Below are positions 1-12,317 of a stretch of DNA of 64,000 nucleotides, piece after piece. The stretch lies in NCBI GenBank assembly GCA_047495785.1, contig JBLDXI010000004.1, positions 868,001 to 932,000 on the forward strand. Reading direction: 5' to 3'. Every line of letters starts with the position of its first letter. Position 1 is the stretch's first letter. The stretch comes from Lepidodermella squamata. Taxonomy: Eukaryota > Animalia > Gastrotricha. The position numbers and the translations under genes were made by a program. Below the pieces are notes generated by a model. That model was not told the origin of the DNA. It worked only from the letters and a program-made list of their open reading frames with translations, and did not search any database.

Positions 1-83
1 ATATGTCTTTCTTTCACTTCATAACACTCTTTTACATTGCCATTCAACTCACTTCACAACGTGGTTTACCAGAGATTTAACAA

Positions 84-2217
84 TCATGAATGGTCCTCGC
101 ACAAGACCTTATTTGCTTTGCTACTACAATCATATTGTAAAAACATGGGTGGGTTTTGTTCGTCGAAACTGCTGATAACAGCACAGCCATCGTTCTTTCC
201 AATCCACTTCGAAGCAGCAAACGGAGCATCGGTGCCATCGTCCCATCTGAGGGCACCTTTTTGCCGAACGAGACCGACCCAGGTGTTCAAGGTCGAGTCA
301 AGCACTTGTGAGGCCGCTGTAAGCTCAGCGTCTGATCTAATCTTCGCAATCGAAGCATTTCGTTCAACGCATTTCGACGTTGCTGTCCATTTGTCGCCTC
401 CGTCATCGCCCAGGTCGTCGACCGAGTATCGTTTGACAACAGCCTTGCAACTGTCCTCGTCTTTATAGGCGACATCAGCCGGGATACGAAATTGCGTAGG
501 CGCCTGGCAGCCTGTCGACTCGGTTACGCAATGACCCGACCCGTCACCTATGTCGACGCAGCGGAAGTAAACAGACTGCAAAAGAATTTACAGTTCCTTT
601 ATTTTCTAACTATTTGTAAGCAATTTAACTAATTTTTTAAATTAAACCTGCCGCGAAAGTAATCCACCTTTTTGCGACTGAATCAAAGAAATAGGATCTT
701 TCCCGGAGGGAACCCGAAATAACCCGTTAGTGGCGGCTGCTTCGTAATTTTTTGGTATTTTACCAGGTTAGAACAAATTTATTCGTACTTTTTCAATTCC
801 AAAAGTGATAATACTTCCGAAGTGTCTACGTTTTTAAGTTTCTAAGGAAGATTTCTCAAAACGAAACTTACAGGGGGCGTTATATCCTTGAGGCAATTGT
901 TAAAATTAAGCGTAAACGTCTGCGAGCCGGAGTACAACTTCACCTGCAATAGAAAAAATGAGTTTATAGTTCATACAAAAACTGATCCTTCGTTTAGGTT
1001 TACCTCCGATAGACCTTTAGGACAAACAGCGCGGCAAGACAGGCGGTTAGATGAATCCTTGCACGAATAAGCATTCTGTCAAAAACCACATTAATTGCTA
1101 AAATAGAAAGGATTATTACAACTTACTCCACGCAAGCAAGTTGCACGGTTGATGTAAACCTGGGTCGATGACGGCTGAGTTTCATTGCTGGCGAAACAGC
1201 CGGGGCTTTGCGGTCGGCAGTCGTTGAATTTGCCAGTGTTCGCATCGAAACAGCGGACGTGAGGCTTTTCGCTAACCGGAACTGTAACTGAAATTCATAA
1301 AAAAAAATACCCGGCATTGAATCGCAACCGAATTTCCACTCCGAATAACGCACTCATTCCATTGGTACAAGACGCGAGATTTGGATACAAATCTGAATTT
1401 ACAGGGGTCTTTTGGAACAAATAAAATTCTCACAAATAAAACTGAATAAACCAACTAGGAAGTGACTCACCCAGTTTTCAGGGCATTTGTACGGGTCAGG
1501 GACGCAAGTTTTGATGACGCCATTCGACATGCAGCGCCTGAATTTTAGAGTCTGAAAATGACAAAGGTTAAATCTAACTTTAGTTCAGCTAGTTTCTGAA
1601 TTATTACCTCAAAGGCAGCCACCTTTTTCACGCATTCGTTAAAGTTGAATTTCAAGCTCAACAACGGCCCAGGATCGTTAAACAGAAACGTCTGAAACAT
1701 TGATTTTCCATAAAATTACCAGTTTTGAAAGGTATGGGTAGCGATCTTCATTCGCTCGCATTGTAATTTTACGAAATTTCTAGCAATTGAATGTGGCTTA
1801 CCGGCATTTCACCCGGGTTGTTACATCCGACGCTTCCAGGTACACAGAACGGGGTGAGAGCCTCGTATTTGTAGCACATTCGAGCAAGCTAAAGACACAT
1901 TTAAAGGAGTTAAACATAACTGAGCGAATGACATGTGACTACACAGACCCCTGCGTTGCAACTGGTGGAATGTAGGAAAGGCGCGCCCAGCTATAGAGAT
2001 AGAAAACGCTTGAACTGTCTATATTTCGAGAGAAATTTAATTCTGAGCAAACCTGATAATCTTTGGATAGATTACATCCACTGGCAACCGGTTTGCAGCC
2101 GGTGAATCGGTTGTTGAACTGAGAAAAGCATCGAACCCAAAGCGGCTGGCGCCACGCCCCGTTGCTCGATGTCAGCAGAAGTGCTAGAAGCAAAGCGTTC
2201 AAGCAATAACTGGCCAT
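84..2217 (-). CDS. Paralog A: secreted protein with six 4-Cys modules plus C-type lectin-like domain (alpha-type last exon), intact 10-exon gene
   Basis: Exons with GT-AG boundaries and a continuous frame: 2217-2053, 1990-1949, 1888-1802, 1691-1608, 1551-1471, 1408-1354, 1287-1127, 1075-1004, 943-872, 575-84. Signal peptide MASYCLNALLLALLLTSSNGA. CTLD motifs C..NASIAKIRS, WVGL, LRWDDG, GC, C..LCE. Confidence 0.88.
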
Positions 2218-4004
2218 TATAGTAGATCGAAAAAAGCTTTTAATTCAACTAAAATCAAGAATATTACGTGTTCCGACTTGAGAAAATAAAACCACTAAAA
2301 ATCGTCACTTCAGTTCAGTTCAAATTCAGTTCAATTGGACAATTTTATTGTCCACAACAATTAATTATCGAAAAGGCGAGCATCAAATAATCGCGTGTTT
2401 ATTTATCCAAAGCGTTTCGGCAATACAATTATTTGAAACATTGTCTTTTGAAACTATTTTCTCAGTTCTCTTCAAAACGCTTCCTCATGATGACCTGATT
2501 AGCGCGAAAATCGTCTTGTGAGAATAAGGTCATTTCCATGAATATCCCACTCCACTCGAAATAAAAGGCTAAAACAGAATTTGGGCATGCATTGCGAATC
2601 TGTCATGAGGCTCATTCGATCGAAGAAATTTCGCAGCATGAAGTTAGACCAAGAAATAACTGCGTGATCGGAGGGAAGGAAATAGGCTTTTCGCCGAAAG
2701 GGGGATGCCCTTCAAAATTGGCCTCTTTCTCTGGCGATGCTTTTCTAGTCGATTCACTCCAGTGCGAGATGTAGGATCTTCGAACTAGGAGGTATTTTCG
2801 GGACCAAATGCCTAAAACCTAAAACCTAAAACCTAAGGGTTCCCCTTTGGCTGAGCTGCCGCTGAAAGGGATTCGAATTAAAAAATCGTGGTTGAATTTT
2901 GGATCTCAAAATGTTGGATGAGGGCCGCACAAACTCCCGTCAAGGCTAGAAGATTCCCAAAATGTAAAGCAGTGTTGTTACTAGAGATTTTTGGTACATA
3001 CCTAGCTCGAAGATTGACAGATTTGTCCTTCATTGGTGACAATTGGCATGAAATTTGAACCAATAATCGAAGCGAGGGAATTTTACCTCCATATTCTCCT
3101 GATATAATGACGATAAAACGAGCTTTCCCAGACGTGACTATGACATGGTTGTTACTCTAGGTCCGATTGGTTGTTATATTGTAGCATGATTAACATGCGT
3201 TTGAAGTCTGTTCCTTCTCGCGTAAGGATTTACCAACCAAGATCATGTAGAACGTAGATTCAATTGGAACTCTACCGCAAAGAGCGAAGTAGGACGGCCG
3301 AACTGGTTGGCATAAGGAAAATCGGCGTAAGGGCCCCCTTTGGTCTTTCCCTGAGTTCATCTTGCGCACCGATTGAAGTAGTGGGGACGATCCCTGCCAT
3401 CCCTAGCGGTACCTCGCAATCTGCTCTACCGATGCCACTTGCTAGGCGTGCCTTTCTTCTTGCGGCATATTCAACACCACTATGAGGTAACGCCGATCGC
3501 TAAGTGCAGCTATGCGAAAAGTTGCTGTGAATCTAGGATCCCGATCTGGGATGCTTACAGATTACAGCAGGCTTGATTCAGGCCCTATGCCCAGTTGTGT
3601 ACAAGTAGAACTATCATTATTGTTCTCATCAGTTTCAAAGGTTTCCCAGCGCTACTGCGGCAGCTTTGCTGCTGCTGTTGCCAATATCGTTAACGTCGCT
3701 GAATTAAAGCTTGCTTACTCCCTTTCAAGGTGATACGAGAAAGCGGCTTTTTCAACGAGACTGAAGAGGCGAAAATGAAAGAAATTTAACAAAGGAATGA
3801 CATTATCCGGATCGTATCGTAAAATATGCCTTCTTAATGGCCGAATTATAAACTCATAAAACCTTCTTCCAAGCAGGGATTTTTTGATATTTTCCAAACA
3901 GGCAGGGATTTTTTATAATAATAGTTTTATTTAGCCTCTTCTAGACTGAGCGTCATGTACCGTTTCCGGTTTTGAAGAGGGCGAAGGCAGGCAAAGAGAA
4001 ACTC

Positions 4005-5875
4005 TTACCCACCCCCACAGTTGAAGATCTTGCTTTTTCCGAAAAATTCATAGTTTTCAATCGAGTTAACAATCATGCGCCATTCATCTTTTTCAAAAGA
4101 AGCCATTTCAGCTAGTTGAAAATCTGGTATAATTTTAATTTCAAACTCCTTTTCGCCGGATTTTTCCTTCCCTTTTTTATTTGGCTTTTTGCCCTTCTTA
4201 TCCTTGGCCTTATTCGTAGTGCTAGTTTTCTTTTTCCGGCGCAATTCCTTAGTCAGTCCTACTTTAATCAAACTTCTATGCACTCCGTGGATCCATCTAG
4301 TTCGGGGTCGTCCTCTCGGTGCAAACCATCCCAATGGAGGCGTCCAGATATAAATTTTGTTAATTAGTCCTTCCACGTCGTAGTCACGTGATCTAACAAT
4401 GTGTCCGAAGTACCTTAACCGTTGTTTTTCAACAACGCGGCTCACTTCAATGAGACCTCCGCATAGAGCCAGCCTTATGTCTATGTTAGGAATATAGTCC
4501 ATTAAGTGAACACCTACTATTGATCGGAGCCAACGATATATAGTGTTTAATCTGTTTTCTTGGGCTACCGATATGTTCCATGATTCGCACGCGTAAATGA
4601 TGGTAGGTATTATAACACAAGTCAGTACCTTAAGTTTCGTAGCTATGGAAACCTGATTTTTGTTGCACATGAATTTATTCATGGCGCCGAAAACACTGCC
4701 TGCCTTAGAAATCCTATAGTTCAGTTCCTCGTCGATTTTGCCGTCACTAGTAATAATACTGCCTAAATATTTGAATTTCGTCACTTTTTCAAGTTTTTTC
4801 CCGTTTAGTTCCAATTCATAATTTTGTGCAGCCGACTCGTCCTTAGAAATAATCATATATTGAGTTTTTGCCACGTTGATTTTCAAACCCAATTCGATGC
4901 AAGCCAAATCAAAAATATTAAGTAGTCGTGAAATTTCGTCATGGTTCATGCCTAATAGTGTCCCGTCGTCAGCAAAAGCCAGTAGATTTAGGAAATCGGT
5001 CTCTCCCAAAGGGGTCTCGCCAATAGGAAAGCCTAATTTTTCAGCAGATATTTTTTCGCAAATTTTGTTGAAAGTCGCTATAAATAGCAAAGGGGACAGT
5101 GGGCAACCTTGTCTTAAACCCCTAGTTACATAGAAGAAATCTGAGAGCTCAGAATCTACTCTAACAGCGACTTTATTAACTTTATATAGACTTTGGATAG
5201 CTTCAATTAAACTAGGGTCTACACCCATGTTTTGGAGGGCGGCCCATACTTTTTCTCTATCGACCAGATCATAGGCTTTTTCGAGGTCTATAAAAACTAA
5301 ATGAAGTTCTTTCTTAAACAACATAATTTTTTCGATGATTTGTCGCAGGACATAGATGCAGTCTCTGGTGCCCTTAAGGGGCTGAAAACCGAATTGTAAT
5401 TTAGAGATTTTTGAGCCAATCAATGATCTTAATTTTCGTTCAAGGATAATGGCATACAGTTTTCCTACAACACTTAAGAGGCTTATGCCTCTGTAATTTT
5501 GACATTTTGACTTCTCACCTTTGTTTTTATAAATTGGGGTAATTATCGCCGTTGACCATTCTTCAGGGACCCTCTTATCAGTCCAAGCTCGACTCAAAAT
5601 TTCCTTGAGCCATTCAATATTGGCCTCGCTTAAGGCCTTAATCATTTCGGGTCTAATTTCATCTATCCCCGGGGCTTTACCATTTTTCATGTGGTCGATG
5701 GCGTTTTTAATTTCGGTGAGAGTAATTTCAGTTAAATTTGGATTTTCATCTAAGAAAATGTCGCTGTCGGGGTTATTGGGTTCGTTTTCAAGCCCTTGTA
5801 AAAGATCCATAAAATAAGATTTCATTACTTCCAAAATTTCGTCTATTCCGCTGGTAAGTGAACCGTCTTCCTTTT
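4005..5875 (-). pseudogene. LINE ORF2 reverse transcriptase part
   Basis: KAPGIDEI, NYRGISLL, QFGF, FIDLEKAYD, GLRQGCPLSPLLF, LAFADD, FKYLGS. Frameshifted from the APE part near 5880-5910; LEKEDGSLTS continues in the RT frame. Confidence 0.93.
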
Positions 5876-7351
5876 CTAGAGCCTGGCTTCGCTTTTCTCT
5901 CTGCTCTCTCCTCTCAGCTTTTTAATTTCCAGCCAGAATTTTTTGATATTATCATAATCAGTAGGGTTTTCAAGTAATTTGTCCAATTCCGAGAATTCAG
6001 TTTGATCCTTAATAATTTTCAGACGTTCAAGGGCATGATTTTTCTCATTCCTAGCAATTGTGAAATTTTCTCGGTCTATTCGGCCCTTGGTGTAATTTCT
6101 AAAATTTTCTTTCCCTTTTTGAATGATTTGATTGGCCAAAGGTGTCCACCAGGGCGGTTTTTCACTAACTGTGCCCTTTTTCCGTTCACCGCAGGAGGTT
6201 CTGGCGGCGTCCAGAAGGTTAGATTTAGTATTAACCCATGTCTCTTCAATTGAAACAGGGTTTTCGACATTTTTTACAATTTTGTTTGTTAAATTCTCGT
6301 TAAATTTGGTGCTGTATTCCTCGTTCCTAAGCAGATGATGTTTAATTGATTTTGTGATTTCAACCTTTTCTCGTACAAAATTTGGGCAATTAATAACACC
6401 TCTAACAAGCCTATGATCTGATTCAAGGATTGGCGTTTCCTGTATATCACAATTCAGAAATTTGTCCCTTTCTGTTTTATCGACCAAAATATAGTCAAGA
6501 AATGACCTACGTAGCGTTTTTCCACTGCCCCTTTGCCAGGTATAGCCTAAGTTGGGGAAGAACGTGTTGACAAAGCACAAATTATTGCTATTTGCAAATT
6601 CGACCCATAAATTTCCTTTGTCGTTACCTATGCTATCACCATAAGGGCCTACTGATTTAGATTTATTTTCACTTACGACGCGCCCGTTCAAGTCGCCCAT
6701 TATAATGGTGGTGCCTTTTTTTGAATTGACACGAGAAAATTCTTGTTGTAATACTTGGATAAAGGCATCTAGAGATTTAGTACAGTTATTGGCTGGTGCA
6801 TAGACAGAAAGGATGTTAAACATATCGCGATTTACTTTAAGCCTAGCCGATATAATACGTTCATTGATATTTTTGACCTCAATAACTTGTATGTGCTTAC
6901 AACGACGCACATAGAGGCCTGTTCCTGATTGGGCCCTACCATCATTTACGCCGCTGTAGTACAGTGTGCCATGCCTCAGATTTATGTGGCCTTGGCCTTT
7001 TAAGCAGAGCTCTTGTACCGCCACTGCGTCATACATACGAAATTCATAATTTGCTTCCTCTTGTTTCTTATTTAATGTGGTTATGTTTATCGTGCAAATT
7101 TTAAATGCGATCCCAGACTTATCATTATCTACAGGAGTTTGTATATAATTTTCTTCATCAATCGTTGATTGGCGCAAGATTGTTTTACTCTTACTTTTTT
7201 GCCGCTTTTTTAGAATTTTCTTGCCCTTCTTTGCGTTGCCTTCGCCCTCTTCGAAATATTCATCACAGCTAGTTGATAGCACAGATTGATCGTAGTCATT
7301 CAAGTCCGTCAAAAGTTCGAATCTATTTTCGCATGGGGGTGGGTATCGGTC
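5876..7351 (-). pseudogene. LINE ORF2 apurinic endonuclease part
   Basis: TINI, VQE, SVYAP, MGDLNG, YTW, LDYILV and SDH motifs of the APE/EEP fold. Confidence 0.92.
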
Positions 7352-8025
7352 CTACCAGTAGTTAGCCCTGCCGCCTTGCCCGCCGTAACCGTAATTTCGG
7401 CCGTAGTTGTAGTTGTTGTTGCCGTTGCGATTGTTGTTGCGGTTGTTGAACTGGTTTCGATTATTTGGTCGTTGCTGTTGTTGGTGGTAGAAGCCGTTTC
7501 CTTCCTGCTCACCAGTGTAGTTGAAGTTAGGACAATGGTATTGGATATGACCAAAGCCTCCACAGCTGAAACATTGTGGTCCAGCTCTTTCCGGTTCCGG
7601 CTTGAATTCCTCGTTCGGCTCGTGAATCGCTACAAGCTCCTTGGCACGCGAGCAGTACGTGGTGAGCGTTGTTCGCCCTTGTACTAAGTTTGCACCTCTG
7701 ATCTCGATTCCTTTATGGCCCTGCGCTTCAAGCGTTCGTTTTTCTTCTGCGAGAATGTCTGACACCTCTCGCATGTGTCCAGTCCTCACGGGACTTGCTC
7801 TTAAGCCCGCCTTCCAGTTCTTTGACTCAGTTAGAATTTTCTCCTTGGACCTACGAGCGTCCTCGATGAGCTCAATGATGACAGCTCCATTGGCCTTGCG
7901 CTCCTGAGGTCTCCACCTCGCTAGGTTTTTCGGCAGTAGCTTCTTTACTGCTTCTTCCCAGTCTTCTTCAGGCAAACCTGTTATCTCCAGTCGGTCTTGA
8001 TTGACTAGCTTCTCGATGAGGTGCT
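7352..8025 (-). CDS. LINE ORF1 (gag-like, CCHC zinc knuckle), 5'-truncated
   Basis: CFSCGGFGHIQYHC followed by an N/G/R-rich low-complexity tail. The frame stays open up to the hAT terminus at 8026. Confidence 0.8.
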
Positions 8026-10265
8026 CAGGGCAGGAAAAAGTGTCCGATCGTGCGATCTATGATCGTGGGCAGTTTACAGGGCTGAAACCCCCTTTTCGTG
8101 GGCAGCTCGGCTTTTTGCTCATTATTTAAAAAGTCATTGCGTAACTATGAACTTCAATTTATTTGGAGGAAGAAAATCGAAATGTAAAAGATTAAAATTC
8201 GATGCGCCCTTTGGCGCTGGCGATGCGATCGACAACCTTCCCTGTTGCAAACTTGACCGCCCGATCGCTGCGCCGCTTGAAATTCCACTCCCTTCCCTTA
8301 AAGTAATTATTTAACGCGGTAATCAAAAATTTTGAAGAATTCGGGTTGGCAGGATTTGGTCCATTCCAGTGGATGAAGGTCTCTTTTGACACGACCGCAT
8401 CGTCCGCCGGGCGATCGTGGCTAGCATGACGGTCCAAGACGGACCCCATCGACTCCACCACGGACTCGCAGTGGCTCTTGAGGGCACATTTTAAATAAAA
8501 AGACATGAAGTCTTGGAGCCCTTCATGCAATGAAGCGGTATTCATAAATTGATACAACACCTCGCAGTGTTTTTGCCCATTTAAGGGAAGCGATTTAACC
8601 CGCTTGCTCCAAATGCGGTATTGACTGATTATCGAATCTCGATTGAGCAGCTGCCCACCTTCCTCGGCCTCGTCGATGATTTCAGAGAGGACGGATATCT
8701 GCTCTGGAGCCCCAGCCTTTATCAGTTCCACATTAAACACCAATGCAGCCTTGCTGCTCAGATTCTGCTGAGGCGGAAAACGTTCCACAAGTCGCTGCGT
8801 TATAGTCGTGCATAGACGCTTTCCTTGCTCGAGACATGATTTGGCAGTAGACAATAGGTCAGTAGGTCCGGTTGATTTAGCCGATCGAGTGACGACAATC
8901 TGCCCACCGCATTGGTCCAATTTGCGAGTTTTATACTTGCCCCCTAATAATAAGGAAGATTAGATCCTCCCAAAACTGCCCAATTTCACACTTACCATTT
9001 TCTTGCAACTCCTTGTACGCGGAGTGGAACGATGGAAATTGATCAGCGCAATCTTCAATATCTACTGCCGACATTTGGCGGAATTTCGATCTGGCGAGTT
9101 TTATTATCGTGTCAATTTCCCAATTCATCAAGTCGAAAGTTTGAACTTGTTTCGAGGTTTTACCAAGGAGATCGTAAACATCAATTGCCAAATTGAGCTG
9201 CAAAACGAGTTTCGCTTGGCCGATTTTCGCAGCTAGTGGGTCGCTCTTCTCGACAAGTTTCGCATGCATCGTTGTGAAATTTTTGCGGAAATTGCGGAAA
9301 ACCCCATCAGCGTAGGCTGCGAATCGGGTATCTAGTTATAATGACACAGGTAAAATACGTTTTTTGCGATTATCTCGATCAATTATCGATGATCAGCAGA
9401 AATCGATAATCGATAATCGATCAGTGGTGATAGATAGAGGAAATTGAGTGACACCAGCTTGTTCAGCGTGAAATTTCACCCTAGATGACAAATTTTCATG
9501 TTTCTATCATTCATAATAAGGCAGATATCGCACAATCAGTTTTACTTCCGGTGGGGTATGTTTAGGCGGCTTTAGGCAATTGATGTAGAATTTTTCAAAA
9601 AACCGGCAAAACCGCTTCCTTTGAACTCGAAATCCCCCTTAGAAACCCCGGAGGGGTAAAGTTCGTACGGCGGATTTGATTCCGTTTTCAGAATTTCAAT
9701 AGCCCCCGTACTTCCGGAGATAGTTGATTTTTTTAAATTGTTTTATTACTTTATTGCACCGTAATTATTTTTTCCTTCCAAAGCGTTATATACCCGTGTA
9801 ATACATCAAACTAAGCAGTTTTTTGCGTAGAATCGCGTGGTGCAATTCAAATTTGCATGGGATTAATGGCTTGCAAGTTATTGATGATTCAATTATTGAC
9901 TAACCTGAAAATAGACCGACGCTCCCAAGCGAGGTTTCGGCAACAGAAGCCGCTTGTTCCAGCTCGTGAAACTTCTTTCCCCTGCCGAAATGCTTGAAAA
10001 CTTCGGTGATCAAGTCAATCAGAGTTTTCAACCACTCGTTTTCAGAGCGGGCATCTTTCATCGCAAGCTCGATCAAGTGGGCAGGATCCCAGATAGCAGT
10101 GAGCCAGAGATCGCCTAGTAATTCTCGAAATCGGTCTGCTACACCAAGGTTAATGTACTGACCATCGCAGGCTAATCCAACCAATCTTTGTCGCAGCATA
10201 GTTGTTGAATAATTCAAATTTGTTTGTAATACCGAAATCATGCTCTTGGTTAGCCCCAGAGTCAT
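8026..10265 (-). mobile_element. Divergent hAT-like DNA transposon, 3' half, intron-containing transposase
   Basis: Terminus CAGGGCAGG at 8026. Spliced pieces ~10265-9904, ~9332-8995 and ~8944-8192 give DGQY (catalytic D), WDPAH (CxxH-like), DTRF (TRW-like) and ESVVESMGS (catalytic E). The N-terminus is missing. Confidence 0.75.
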
Positions 10266-12317
10266 GGTCAGTACATTAACCTTGGTGTAGCAGACCGATT
10301 TCGAGAATTACTCGAATTACTAAATGCTTGAAAACTTCGGTGATCAAGTCAATCAGAGTTTTCAACCACTCGTTTTCAGAGCGGGCATCTTTCATCGCAA
10401 GCTCGATCAAGTGGGCAGGATCCCAGATAGCAGTGAGCCAGAGATCGCCTAGTAATTCTCGAAATCGGTCTGCTACACCAAGGTTAATGTACTGACCATC
10501 GCAGGCTAATCCAACCAATCTTTGTCGCAGCATAGTTGTTGAATAATTCAAATTTGTTTGTAATACCGAAATCATGCTCTTGGTTAGCCCCAGAGTCATG
10601 GTCAGTACATTAACCTTGGTGTAGCAGACCGATTTCGAGAATTACTAGGCGATCTCTGGCTCACTGCTATCTGGGATCCTGCCCACTTGATCGAGCTTGC
10701 GATGAAAGATGCCCGCTCTGAAAACGAGTGGTTGAAAACTCTGATTGACTTGATCACCGAAGTTTTCAAGCATTTCGGCAGGGGAAAGAAGTTTCACGAG
10801 CTGGAACAAGCGGCTTCTGTTGCCGAAACCTCGCTTGGGAGCGTCGGTCTATTTTCAGGTTAGTCAATAATTGAATCATCAATAACTTGCAAGCCATTAA
10901 TCCCATGCAAATTTGAATTGCACCACGCGATTCTACGCAAAAAACTGCTTAGTTTGATGTATTACACGGGTATATAACGCTTTGGAAGGAAAAAATAATT
11001 ACGGTGCAATAAAGTAATAAAACAATTTAAAAAAATCAACTATCTCCGGAAGTACGGGGGCTATTGAAATTCTGAAAACGGAATCAAATCCGCCGTACGA
11101 ACTTTACCCCTCCGGGGTTTCTAAGGGGGATTTCGAGTTCAAAGGAAGCGGTTTTGCCGGTTTTTTGAAAAATTCTACATCAATTGCCTAAAGCCGCCTA
11201 AACATACCCCACCGGAAGTAAAACTGATTGTGCGATATCTGCCTTATTATGAATGATAGAAACATGAAAATTTGTCATCTAGGGTGAAATTTCACGCTGA
11301 ACAAGCTGGTGTCACTCAATTTCCTCTATCTATCACCACTGATCGATTATCGATTATCGATTTCTGCTGATCATCGATAATTGATCGAGATAATCGCAAA
11401 AAACGTATTTTACCTGTGTCATTATAACTAGATACCCGATTCGCAGCCTACGCTGATGGGGTTTTCCGCAATTTCCGCAAAAATTTCACAACGATGCATG
11501 CGAAACTTGTCGAGAAGAGCGACCCACTAGCTGCGAAAATCGGCCAAGCGAAACTCGTTTTGCAGCTCAATTTGGCAATTGATGTTTACGATCTCCTTGG
11601 TAAAACCTCGAAACAAGTTCAAACTTTCGACTTGATGAATTGGGAAATTGACACGATAATAAAACTCGCCAGATCGAAATTCCGCCAAATGTCGGCAGTA
11701 GATATTGAAGATTGCGCTGATCAATTTCCATCGTTCCACTCCGCGTACAAGGAGTTGCAAGAAAATGGTAAGTGTGAAATTGGGCAGTTTTGGGAGGATC
11801 TAATCTTCCTTATTATTAGGGGGCAAGTATAAAACTCGCAAATTGGACCAATGCGGTGGGCAGATTGTCGTCACTCGATCGGCTAAATCAACCGGACCTA
11901 CTGACCTATTGTCTACTGCCAAATCATGTCTCGAGCAAGGAAAGCGTCTATGCACGACTATAACGCAGCGACTTGTGGAACGTTTTCCGCCTCAGCAGAA
12001 TCTGAGCAGCAAGGCTGCATTGGTGTTTAATGTGGAACTGATAAAGGCTGGGGCTCCAGAGCAGATATCCGTCCTCTCTGAAATCATCGACGAGGCCGAG
12101 GAAGGTGGGCAGCTGCTCAATCGAGATTCGATAATCAGTCAATACCGCATTTGGAGCAAGCGGGTTAAATCGCTTCCCTTAAATGGGCAAAAACACTGCG
12201 AGGTGTTGTATCAATTTATGAATACCGCTTCATTACATGAAGGGCTCCAAGACTTCATGTCTTTTTATTTAAAATGTGCCCTCAAGAGCCACTGCGAGTC
12301 CGTGGTGGAGTCGATGG
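8446..12317. repeat. 1720-bp inverted duplication (arms 8446-10165 and 10598-12317) with a 334-bp tandem duplication at the centre
   Basis: Mirror-image ORFs 8931-9269(-)/11494-11832(+) and 8192-8920(-)/11843-12391(+). One mismatch seen (8528 vs 12235). 9988-10312 is repeated at 10322-10646. Confidence 0.95.

Larger units (their letters stand above)
2811..8025 (-). mobile_element. Non-LTR retrotransposon (APE-RT LINE, RTE/RTEX-like), 5'-truncated and frameshifted
   Basis: ORF1 with a CCHC knuckle, then APE and RT. C-terminal RLRYFGHIVR and PRGRPRTRW motifs are typical of RTE-group ORF2. The 3' boundary is tentative: a (TTTTAGG)3 tail at 2811-2836. Confidence 0.85.

Noticed and set aside
2811-2836. 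Telomere or interstitial telomeric array
   Set aside because: Only about three units; better explained as a retroelement tail or chance.
3930-4000. Hammerhead ribozyme or SECIS after the RT stop
   Set aside because: A hairpin with a GAAA tetraloop is present, but the CUGANGA core and SECIS quartet geometry are not.
7286-7687. Hydrophobic Val-rich and Thr-rich ORFs (7286-7687 +, 7309-7563 -)
   Set aside because: Alternative-frame readings of the AAC-rich tail of LINE ORF1.
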